Program-made: the position numbers and the translations under genes | Shown here: in pieces, positions 53,039-64,000 of the stretch | Layout of the letters: every line of letters starts with the position of its first letter | Numbering within the stretch: position 1 is the first letter of the stretch | From: Eukaryota sp. GEM-RC1 | Lineage: Eukaryota | Assembly (NCBI GenBank): GCA_040285855.1 | Contig: JAUFOQ010000001.1 | Span: 1,054,001-1,118,000, forward strand | Length of the DNA: 64,000 bases | Direction: 5' to 3' | The notes under the pieces: generated by a model | Seen by the model: the letters and a program-made list of their open reading frames with translations, nothing else | Told to the model about the DNA's origin: nothing | Databases searched by the model: none

Positions 53039-56000
53039 TGTTAGCCAAAGGTATTAGTATGGTTACGTAGTCAGATATTTCAGTTTATAAACACTTTTTA
53101 CCTTCCCCCATTATTTCCCCATACCATATCGGTATCAATAAATATTGTCCGTTGTTTGTTATGGTTAATAGAAGACCCCTTCTGTCTCCAGCTCTTCAAG
53201 TGAAGAGTCTGGACCTAATTCCAGCTCAGAGTCAAGCTCTGAAAGCTCAACTCCCGATATATATAAGAACTTCGGGTATTCGAAGTTCCACACCTAGTGG
53301 CGGAATAGTGGATCCCCCACCTAGTGGCAGTGAAACTAATAGTGTAAGTTCCCCAAGTCCTGGCGGCATCAAAGATGATGTAAGACCCCCAGTCAATAAG
53401 GCTGGCGGTAATTAAAGGAGTGTTCCTTCTACTCTCAACATCGAAAAGTTGCTGAGTCAGTTCACTCCTTCGGAAGGCTTCCCCTCCAATTCGTCTCTTC
53501 AACAAGAAGGACCCATTGGAGTGCGAGATGGACCTCCTCTTTCTTTTCCCCCCTTCTAATAGTTTTTTAAGTCATTCATCATTTCCAATAAAGAGAATGT
53601 ATTAGTAGACAATAGTAAGGACCCAGAAAGGGATGCTGAAGTAGCTAGTGCGATTCGAGTTTTAAAGGAATCACTAGCTAAGGAGAAGTCCATGAGAGCA
53701 GAAGCAGAGAAGAGGCTTCGTGCTGAAAAGGAACAACAAGCTTTACCGATGCGTATGTCTCCCGAAGAACACGCTCGTGAAGTACAGTAAACGGTTTAAT
53801 TAATCTGGTCCAGACTAATTTTCAGAAAAATATGTATTTAGTCTGGATTTTGGTTTTGGAAAGAACCATAGCAAACTCATATTCTTCATGATTATGCATC
53901 TATACCATACTCGTCATCACAACCTTCATCACTTTTGGACCAAGTATCAGGCTTTCTAATATTAAATTCTTCTTGATGGTTTGCAACGATTTGATGTAGC
54001 TGAGGCTTTAACATGGTGAACGGCAGACTCTTCACAAGTTCAACCAGGTCTTCTTCTTCATGAAACTGAGGCTGTTGCGATCGAATTCTCGCGAAACCAT
54101 TTAAGATAGAGAACCATGTGATGGGCAATTTAAAGTCAACTCAATAGTAGCGATGTGGCACCCATCTTCTACTGACATTGCTGGAGATGTTGTTCAAAAT
54201 CCAGACTAAATTTCATATAATTGACCATTTTGTCTTATTGGTATATATCAATTAGTCTGGACCAGGCTAATTTAAATCCCGACTAATTTAAGATCCCGAC
54301 TAATTAAATCGTTTACTGTAGAAGGGCTTGTTGAGTCTAACGGCATAGGTTTCCACCGAGACGCTATCCCGGACAGACTAATCCCATGGGTAACTCCACA
54401 TGATCAGAACGTTTCCACCTCTGATGCTGACATATGGAACCTTGCGAAATTCCGACCATGGCATCCCGTCATCAGGAACCGTATGCCACCAAGTAAGCAT
54501 TACTTGCTGAAGAACGTTCCACCTGGTATCAATTCTTTCCTAATTGAACAATTCCTATTTGGATTATAGAACAGGGATGCTGGAGATACGTACCGTTTCC
54601 CCTCAGAGAGTTCCTGAGATCCAAGACATGGTATCACCATTGAGCCCCTCGAACCCAAATTCAGCTCTGACGGCCTAGCTGTTACGTATGAGTATACTAC
54701 GTGGTATCAACACTGCCTTAACAACCAGTCCCAGATCTACCACAACGTTGCTATTAGTACTGAATGATTATCCCCTAACCACAAGTACTCTCATCTGCCA
54801 GTGTCTTCTTTCCGTGGTGGTAATTCTCGGTTAGCAGCTCCAGATGTCGACTCAACTTGAGTTTGTACCCTTCAACGGAATTGGTGGTTCTCAAAGAGTT
54901 CTCCCACTTGCAGCTGGTGCTCTAAGTGAAGTTGGATCCAAAACACCTAACCAGGACGAGTTTAGCCGAACCAAACGCCTTGCTCCTGTAGCTCCTGGTG
55001 AGATAGAACACCCTGAAGTCGTCGATAGATTTTCGATTGACACGTTTGGTTTTAGATCTCGAAACGACCGATCGACTGCCAAGTTTGATGAAGGAAAAGC
55101 TAGTACGCGCTACTTAGCCCGTATGGAGCATGAAAATGTTTACCGTAAGCCAGAAGCTTTTGCTCAAGACCACAACAATGTTGAATCTTCAGTAATCCAC
55201 AAAGACGACCTGCTGAAAGCAAGAAAAGAACGTGCCGCAAGAGTGATTGCCAAAGAAAAACAGAAGCGATTGGATACAGAATATCAATCAAAATTGATGT
55301 CCGATCTGTCACATTGCTGTTGGTTATGTGATCTGGCAAGAAGAAAATCCCCCAGCTCCTCCAGGTACTCAGTTAGAAGAACGTAGAGTTAGACCTGTGT
55401 CTTTTTATAGCCGTCTACTCAATGATAGTCAACAGAATTGGGCAACTATCCAGAAAGATTGTGCACGTAGCTGGTACAAACAATCACTGGGCTGACATTT
55501 TGTCACGTGTCATTGACCGACGTCCAGTCGAATCAATCAAATCTTTGATGATCTCAAATCTGTACATCAAAAATGATATAACCCTTTCTCATGAAGGCTT
55601 ACGCTATGATGATGCAGATTATTTTGAGATGCTCCCACGTAACACCAACGTGCTAGCTATCAAGTGTCTTCGTGACATCTCATCCGACAATAAATCCCGT
55701 TATTTGATTCTTGGCTATCAACCATCAGCTTGGAACAACGTAAAGCGATAGAACAAGGAGATCATCTGTTCACTGAAGCGACTGTGTGTATAACGAGCAA
55801 CGTTTACATAAACTCTAAGAACAAGATATTGATTCCCTCCAGCTTAGTAAAGAAGGTTCTTTACATGCTGCATGGGTTAGTCCAGTCAGGACATCCAAAC
55901 AAGAAACAAAGTTTGGACACACTGTGCAATAGTGGTTACTTTTGGCCAAGTATGAAATCTGACATGAAGAAACATGTTGAGCAATGCCCTTCGTGTCAGA

Positions 56001-56824
56001 AAACGGCACCTGTTTCCAAGATGATTATTGAATCGACGGGTTCCTTATGGGCTAATAGACCTTTTGCTAGACTTAATGTCGACACAATTGGTCCACTTCC
56101 AAAAGATCAGAGTGGAAACCAATACCTCTTGGTGTTTGTAGATTCTTTCACCATTTACACCATTCCGAGCCCCCGCGAAGAACTCAACAGCAAAGAAGTA
56201 GCATATTGTCTTGTGTGGGATATAATTACTATCTTCGGAATACCGTTGTGTATCCATAGTGATAATGGTACGGAGTTTGCCAATGCTATTTTTGAGGCAG
56301 TTTGTTTGTAACCTTCTGGCGATTGAAGTAAGTCGTTCGATTCCTCATTTCTCGCAGAGTAATGGGCTGGTGGAACGACGTCACAGAGACGTTCTGCAGA
56401 GCTTACGTCGTCTCCTTGTGGACTTCAATGAAGAACACATTGTGGTTAAGCTCCTGGATAGGTTCAATACACCCGAGGGTGAGTATTGTACGGTCCTCTG
56501 GTTTGGTGGTGATACTTCATCAGTTCCCACCAAAGACATCAAGAACACCAAGGCCTACAATGAATTTGTAAAAATAGTCAATTTAGATTTATTTGGTAAC
56601 AGTAGAAACGGGTCTAGTAATAACAACACTAAGCTTAAACGTACCTCCAGTAAGAGTACTCCTAAGACGTCTTCCAAAGTTAAGACACCTGTAGCAAAGA
56701 GAACTAGTAGCTCGAAAGGAGAGTAGAGGTAATGTTAGCCACAGGTGTTAGTGAAGTGTGACAAGATCATATTCTTTAATTTATAAACATCTTTTCCCTG
56801 CCCTTTGTAGCCAAACGGTATTCA
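53039..56824 (+). mobile_element. Internally deleted, probably chimeric Gypsy chromodomain element (5' LTR 53039-53137, 3' LTR 56733-56824)
   Basis: The N-terminal extension homologue jumps near 55300 to RNase H (VIWQEENPPAPPG, NHWADILSR). Integrase HG..GH..YFWP..C..CQ, VDTIGPLP, HSDNGTEF, SNGLVER; chromodomain; PPT ggagagtagaggtaa. The two LTRs are dissimilar and there is no TSD. Confidence 0.88.
53785..54318. mobile_element. Tc1/pogo-type MITE inserted in the Gypsy ORF
   Basis: TIR cagtaaacg(g/a)tttaatta(a/g)tc, TA TSD; uninterrupted site cgtgaagta|caaaga at about 27150. Confidence 0.9.
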
Positions 56825-57569
56825 TCGTTTGTATTCATGAAGGAAAAACAAAAATTCAACCCATGGTTCAGTACCTTGATGTCTTGATGCTTTTTAAGAT
56901 AGTGAACGTCCAAAACCTATAAACTCTTGTACAAAAAGAGATGTTGAACAACGGTTGTTCTTTTTAGTGTTAAAACTCATTAGTATACCTACAGGAGATT
57001 GGGGATTTACCAGTAATATTTGTATGAACATATTCATACACGAGGTGTTGTTAGAACAGACGACACGAGGAAATTGATGGTCGCTGAAGTCTGAAAACAA
57101 TTAGCCTCATTGATACTAAATAGTGATGTGTACCTGTGAGCATCCGTCCAGAAACACTTCAATTGTACTAAAGATTTATTGGTGATTCGGAACATCTTCA
57201 AAACAAACAATCGTAAAATACATGTACATTATTTAAAAAATGAACCACATCTAAATCCACAAAAGTTCGTCTTTTTGAAGTAAATTCTGACATACTATTC
57301 TGAAATACTATTCTGAAATAGAATATGGGCACTACTTTGAGTCAAACCCACAACCAAGTTTTATGTTGACTAAATTACATTCAAATTACAACCTTTAAGA
57401 ATACATTGTTTTCTAGTTGCACGCTATTATTAAGTTTAATAATTATCCTATCTTAAAAAATATCCATGAATTGAAAGACAATTTAACTACTTTTTAACCA
57501 ACTATTTGTTTTTATCAGTCAGGCGATCCTCTTATATAAGACTTAACCACAATGAAAACATTATCAACT

Positions 57570-58146
57570 TTATTCAACGATTTCAAGTACATGATCACTA
57601 TAACAAAATGAAGCAAATGGATAATAATTACCACTACTTAGTCTGGGAAGAGTTCCAGTAAGATTAATTCTAGAATTACCCACAGATTTGATTTTTAAGG
57701 CGTTATTAATTAGATTTACACTGATTTCGGGTAATTCACCAGGATTCCACTGAGTAGTGTTTCCTGAGAGACGACCATAAACACTTCCATTACCATTGAG
57801 AATACCGTGATCATCCTCTTCACAATCACATTCAACACTAAACCTTGATTCATCAATGACTCCGACAAAAAGACTACTACATGTAGTATACGCCTGGTAC
57901 CTCAACTTCCAAGTATACACATTACCTGGAAGGATCTTCTCCCAAGATATTTCTAATCCCAAAACTACCACTTCCAATAACAACTCTCTTTCCATCCCCA
58001 CTAACTTGTAACTGACAATGGTGCCTAGTTTGAGAGAATCTAGTCACTTTTGATTAAGAAACTGATTGAGACACCAATTGAGTTTCTAACGCCATGTTTT
58101 TTAGTTGTTCAATTTCACGTTTTAATTGAGTGATTTTATTAAGAGA
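57570..58146 (-). pseudogene. Orphan coiled coil + SPRY-like 3' fragment
   Basis: PGNVYTWKLRYQ..LFVGVIDE..LEIVE with a small deletion near 57935 and no N-terminal module upstream. Confidence 0.8.
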
Positions 58147-59255
58147 CTTAGAATTTGTAGTAGTTAAATTCGACACTCAACAACCTGCTTCTGACAGTGC
58201 AGTGAATTAAATGAAACACAATTGTCGAATATATTTTTGCAAGAGTAAGATCAATTATCAAGTAGAAAATTAAGTAGTGTATGATATGTAGTAGCTTTGA
58301 ATTATAAAGTGTATCTGTACTGTAATTCACAACAATACTTTATACTCTAAATAAACAGCACAATTCTTACACATCACCATTCGCTTCTTCATCTTCTCGA
58401 CACCAATGTTGTCCACACATTTCACTGACCGTCGAAAAGATCCCAGATTTCGTTGTAGTAGTGGCCACACTTCAGTGTATTCAGATACTATTGGGAGCAT
58501 CCTCTACGATGGTTTCTCCATCATCATTGGTGCGAACAAGCTCATGCTCAAGTCCAAGATATTTGAAAAATAGCAGTGACAACTCCTTGTTTGAGCGGTC
58601 TGCCATAGATTGACAATGTGAGAGTAGTAAGAAGGGTTAAGTGACTTTATTCTCTTCTAAAACCAATATGAAATCAATACTGGCAATACATTGCAATACG
58701 ACAATAAACAGCAATATGGAACAATACAATACAATACAGGGCTTAAGCTACCAATTGCATATTGGTACTAATATATTGAAAATATTGTATTGTCAATGCA
58801 ATATTTCGAACCCCTGTGTATGGCAGTCCTTGTTCGATCCTCTCTAACTGTCATATGCACTCTTTATGAGCCAACCACTTCAGTATAAAAGGGATTGATG
58901 TACTGTGAAAATGTTAGTCTCCAAATCGGAAACTTTTGGATGGCACGATTTTCAACAAAAGGTCTCGCAACAAAAGGTCTCGCATCACCTCCAGGCTTCA
59001 TCTGAAGCTGCCGTCATCAAAAGCTTACCATTGACTGCACCTTAAAGACGATACAAGTAAACTCCATCACAACTAGAATTCTTCGTATCATTCTCACACT
59101 AACTCCTCTCCCAGGGGTTTTCACAGCTCTGTTTATTAAATATCCTTATTCAGTGACCCTCCTACACCAGAAGGCTTTCACCGTTTTATCATGTCATTTA
59201 CCTTAGCATTACTCCGTCTTATATATCCACAAGCTCTTACTAGCCAAGAGAGTCT

Positions 59256-60310
59256 TTGGAGGCACCTGTTATCCTTAACTCGAGCCCATACGCATCCGAA
59301 GTAAGCAAAATGCAGAATTCTTTGTCCATGTCTGGGCTAAATCAGGAAGCTTTGTCTACATACTTACATAACTTGCAAAGACTGGCCAGCAAATGTAAAG
59401 ACTATTTAAATTTTAGTCATCCAAAACCTCTCATTGAGGCGTTTATACAAGGCCTCAAACCCTATCAGCTCAGGGACCGTCTGATGGACGAGTTTAAGAC
59501 GAATCGGCTAACCGACATTGAAGTAGTAGTTGCAAGAACTCTTTACTTGTACGCTCAAATTGCTGTAACTGAGCTTAACAATCATCTACCCAATGCAAGT
59601 TACCATAAAAGTATAACTCGATCACCTAGTTTCTACAACTCAACCGCCAAATTCAAATACCAAATCAACCCATCTAATGCTCAACCGTCCTCCAAAGCGG
59701 TATCTTCATCCATATCATGTTGCTTTTGCAAAACAGAAGTCCTGAACTGTCTTCGGACTCCAGCTTAAGAGAATTCCTCCATGGAATGGTTACCTTCAGT
59801 TCTTACGAGGAGTTTTCTCAGACTGTCTCCGAACTCTGGATGGATAAAACCATAAAAGAACCCCAAGAACGGATGAACGATTACCTCCGTCGATTTGTCT
59901 GCGTCCAGGAAAGGGCTTCACCATTGAATCTGTCAGAAAAGGTTTTCATGATGCGATTCGCTCGTGGTGTTTGTCCTAAAGGTTTGTCAGTTTCTCTTAC
60001 TCCCAGAGTAAAAGATGACATATTTCCTTCGCTTACAAGCTTAATAAGCTGCATTACCTCGGCGTTGATAGACCCCGAACGTGCTAGATCTTGGATGTCC
60101 GCTGCTGCAAATCCCGAAGTTATAAGCAGAACTCAACTGCGTAGCGATGACATAAAGAAAAGAAACTGTTACAGATGTCATCGCCCTGGCCGTACTGCTG
60201 TAAATTGTAAAGCAAAAGTCGAAGAAGTGTTCCATTTTGAGATGGTAGATAATCACTCAAGACCTGATTTCGAATCCTCCGAAAAACATATGCATAGGAG
60301 GTATTGTTAG
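59256..60310 (+). mobile_element. Two abutting gag fragments from different LTR families
   Basis: 59256..59768 resembles 19070..19477 (M.G.N.EAL..YL..L..EAF..G.KP..LR). 59717..60310 resembles 49876..50433 (FS.YEEF.Q..EP.ERMN.YLRRFV) and ends in the knuckle-like CYRCHRPGRTAVNC. Confidence 0.75.
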
Positions 60311-61254
60311 TGAATGTGATGTGACAGTAGTTCTTCTTTCTTGAATAGATCAATAAAAAATCTTTTATAATACTATTGGTGACAGCACCAACACATCGTC
60401 GGAGCTGAAGATCCGTGTCAAATAACATTTGTTAACCAATGATGAAATTTACTTTCGCCATCGTTATAGTCTGAATGAAATCGAACACATTGTTTAAAAT
60501 TATTGATAAAAAAAGGGAGTCAAAGAATATCAGATTCATGAAGTTGTTCAAAAAGCACTTTAAAGCAATTTAAAATCAAGCTAAATAACTTAAAGAAGGT
60601 GATAACGTCAACTACTTTAAAGTCAGTCCACTCATGTTCAATCACGTGAACTCAGTCAGAGGATTAAAATCATACAGAACAATTATAAGTAAGACTGATA
60701 CCGAAAAAAAATAAACAAAAATTTTTACACAATAAATCAGAAGTAATTAAACAAACCAATATAGACTTCGGAAATGACAACAAAAGATATGGTCCAAATT
60801 TGTACAAAACGTTGACGGCTGACCATAGACAAATTTTACGTTTTAATTGTGTCACAGAATCATTGTCACATCAACTTACATTTGAAATCAAACTTCAACA
60901 CAAGTTTTAACAAAAACAAGTAAAATCAAGTTCCACAAATGCAGCTATTCAATGACTGAGACAGAGTGGTAGTACTAGATTGAAATATTCTGAAATTACG
61001 ACAAACTCACAGTAACTAACGGCTTGGAACACTATTGAGATGTGGATAAAACAATCGAAGTAACAATTCAAGAGAAAGACAATGGAAGGGAGTTGTGGGA
61101 AAGATTCGTTGGAGGAGATGTTCAACATGATGATTGGTGTCCTGTTCTAAAACTTCAACCACGCGTGTTGGTTCAAAGGAACTGCAGGTAACGTACCCCG
61201 ATCTGATATGATTGAGATACCAGAGGTATCACACAGATCATTAATAGCGTGGTG

Positions 61255-61415
61255 TTTAACTCGTATATCATGTAACGAAGGATTTCTGGCAGAGAGTTCA
61301 GTTACAAGGGCTTAAAGTGTCACAGGTGTACTATTAAAGGAAAGGAAGAAGCAAGCTTTGACCACGATTTACTCCTGCCTGAGAAAACAAAATGCCTTTA
61401 CTCTCATATATTGTA
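61255..61415. repeat. Dispersed repeat; empty-site paralogue of the 62725 insertion site
   Basis: taactcgtat..catgtaacgaa..gagagttca..gtgtcacag..gaagcaagctttgac..acaaaatgc.ttta.tctcata matches 62607-62724 joined to 63661-63700. Confidence 0.7.
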
Positions 61416-61704
61416 AGGACCAAGAATATGACTTGAAATATTCTACACTGACTCAACGTTGGTTTGAGTCATTTGAGTAAGCAGATCCAAATTTGGATAT
61501 GACTTGGCTCAAGTCGATCGGCTTATGACTTGACTCGAACCGTTTGACAGCTCTAGTCATTGTGATAGTAATTCAGCTGTGATCATGTTGTATTCACAAA
61601 TGTTTAAACGTTCTTCTACTCAAATTAACTTCACAGTGACATAAACTAATTACAATCAGTGCTTTAAACGAGGAGACTTTTCCAGAATGACAATGTTGTC
61701 AACT

Positions 61705-62378
61705 ATATTCAACGATTTCAAGTTCCTGATCATTATACCAAAATCCAAAATATGGATAATAACAATCACTACTTAATCTGGGAAGAGTTCCAGTAAGACT
61801 GATTGAAGAATTGCTTACAGATTTGACTGTTAAAGAGTAATTAATTAGATTTACATTGATTTCGAGAGATACACCTGGGTTCCACCGAGTTTTGGTTCCT
61901 GAGAGACAATCACGAATGCGATCACCAACATTTTCAAAACAGTGAGCATTGTCCTAAGCACCACCATCAACAAGAAACTTTGAGTTGTCAATGACTCCAA
62001 CAAAAAGACAACTAGGATTCCCCTGGAACCTCAACTTCCAAGTATAAATATTACCTGTAAGAAGTGGATCTTTTCCCAAGAAATCTCGATCATCCACATC
62101 ATCTTCACCAACAAAAACTCTTTTTTTATACACACTAACTTGTAAGTGAGGATGCTTTAAAGTTTGTGAGAACTAAATTTTGTTTGATTGAGACTCCATT
62201 TGACTGTCTGTGATTTCTTTAACTCTTCAATTTCACTTTGTAATTTAGCAATATCTGATATCAAATCAGAATTTTCCCTCACCAAGAGTTAGCACAATGA
62301 TCTTTCACTTTTGTAAACAGAAACTTCATCAAATCGGCTTCCAATTCTTTAACACTTTCTAAAGGAACAACGAGGTAT
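61705..62378 (-). pseudogene. 3' fragment of a BTB-SPRY paralogue
   Basis: VPLESVKELEADLMKF, coiled coil, then SPRY (YTWKLRFQG..YYPYFGFWYNDQELEIVE). In-frame TAG, and the family stop codon is mutated to TAT. Confidence 0.8.
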
Positions 62379-62724
62379 TATCTCTTCATTATTGTTGATT
62401 ATGAAGAGGAAGATCCGTTGGAAATGACTTTGAATTAACGAGGAATTTATTTGAGGAAAAGAAGTATGAATTCTTTTGAAGGGTTATAAGAGATGACACG
62501 TCACATTGATAGCCACACAGGCACTCTTCTGACTTGGTTTACGCATCTTCTACACAATGTCAATAGTATGTACGAAGTTCAGAGAACGCAATAACAGTGT
62601 TGTTATTAACTCGTATGGCATGTAACGAAAGATTGCTGTGAGAGAGTTCAAGTAAAAGGGTGCAACGTAGTGTCACAGATTGGACTTACAGGAAAAGTAG
62701 AAGCAAGCTTTGACGACTTAATAG

Positions 62725-63660
62725 TAGAGATGGGAGCCGGCTCAATTTAGCCGGCTTAGCCGGCTAGCCGAGCCAGCCGACTGGTCCAGAATAGAAATAT
62801 TTCCAGCTGCAAGCCGGCTGGCTAAAAATATTTTTAGCCGGCTCAAGCCGAATATTTAGCATTAAAAAAGTGAAAGAGAAAGTTCTCTGAAAACAGAGCT
62901 AATACAGAACGAATAATGAATTTAGAAATAGAAAATAATCATTTACAGCGCTTATCAGAACAGTTTAGGGCTACTAATGTTTATCAACGTTCGAACAAAA
63001 ATAGAATTGGTGAATATAGTTGATATGTGCCGATTAATTGCCCTACTGTTTTTCTTGGGGGCACCAATAATACAGTCAATGTACATTGTCGCAGTGTCCA
63101 TTTCTGACACTTTATATGTCTATTACATCTTTTATTTCGATTTAAAATGAATGGAGACAGTAAAAAACCGGAAGTCTGTCAGAGATCTTCTGCCAACGAC
63201 TTGGTTTCTTTTGAACTAATTAAGCTCCTTCTCAAAAATACTACTGTACTGTTTTCTTATATTATGCAGACAACCAATTCCATAGTGGTGTTACCATTGT
63301 TTCACAGACTCAAATAACAACTAACTGATCAACGTCAAATTTATAAGTGATAATCCCAAAAATAAGTCACATGTAAAATCTGTGAAAACTGGAAAATACT
63401 GATCAATGGCATCAGTATTGTGTCGTTCTGATACTCGGTGTAGTTGTCATTAACAATGGTTCTGTATCATTTTACTGATATATCAACCAACAAGTCAATA
63501 ACACTTTTAAGCAGTCAGCCTAAATACTCGAAACAAAACTCGCTGAGGCTGAGCCGGCTTCAGCCGGCTTGAGCTGGCTAAAATGTGTTGTAAGCCGCAG
63601 CCGGCTGGCTAATGCCTGCGGCTGAGCCGTGATCAAATTTTGAGCCGGCTCCCATCTATA
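62725..63660. mobile_element. hAT-type non-autonomous element with AGCCGGCT subterminal arrays
   Basis: TIR ta(g/t)agatgggagccggctcaa; 8-bp TSD cttaatag / cttaatac. Confidence 0.9.
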
Positions 63661-64000
63661 CTTAATACATCTCAACAAAATGCTTTTAGTCTCATATTGT
63701 TTATTTCATCCGTCCACATAAACAAATATCGGTTAACACTTTTGATACTGTTTTCTACATAGGTATAGTCGGTACCAACAGTTAATGTCAAACCACCTTC
63801 ATGACATGTGATCAGATTCACTGGGAAACTTAAATTGTTGCAGTCAGATTCTAGTCTTCTTAATGAGGATTATGGGAGCTTTCAACTACACTAACCCAGG
63901 ACAATATAAACACATAACGTAATAATCAAGTAGTCTATCTAGGATTTAGTCTAATGAAACTGTCGGGTTTGAGGGCTGGAAGTGTTATTGTTATTGTTGA

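Noticed and set aside
58660..58816. caata-rich tract ending ttcgaacccctg (hAT-like end); similar lone end near 61500-61556
   Set aside because: No partner TIR or TSD was found, so no element could be delimited.
1..64000. Alternative genetic code or spliceosomal introns explaining the broken ORFs
   Set aside because: Long ORFs (594 aa, 1192 aa) read in the standard code, and paralogue comparison shows small indels rather than stop readthrough or GT-AG inserts.
1..64000. Assigning the source organism
   Set aside because: The gene families suggest an intron-poor protist, possibly a free-living metamonad, but no marker gene is in the window.

Overview
AT-rich, apparently intron-free eukaryotic (protist-like) DNA with no housekeeping, rRNA, tRNA or CRISPR features. 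Two things fill the window. (1) A cluster of paralogous modular genes and gene relics that pair an N-terminal ubiquitin/signalling module (RING+kinase, BTB/POZ, or a shared unnamed F-box-like helical domain) with an interchangeable C-terminal binding module (a SPRY/B30.2-like domain with four hypervariable loops, or 28-aa RI-like LRRs with a variable concave face). This looks like a combinatorial, fast-turnover intracellular recognition repertoire (inference). (2) A dense, nested set of transposons: Ty3/Gypsy chromodomain elements with very short LTRs, a gag-only mini LTR element, RLE-type non-LTR relics, a MuDR relic, and hAT, Tc1/pogo and Mutator-like non-autonomous elements with readable TIRs and TSDs. 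Nearly every gene has frameshifts, many at homopolymers, so pseudogenes cannot be separated from sequencing error here. All alignments were done by eye and no database searches were run.
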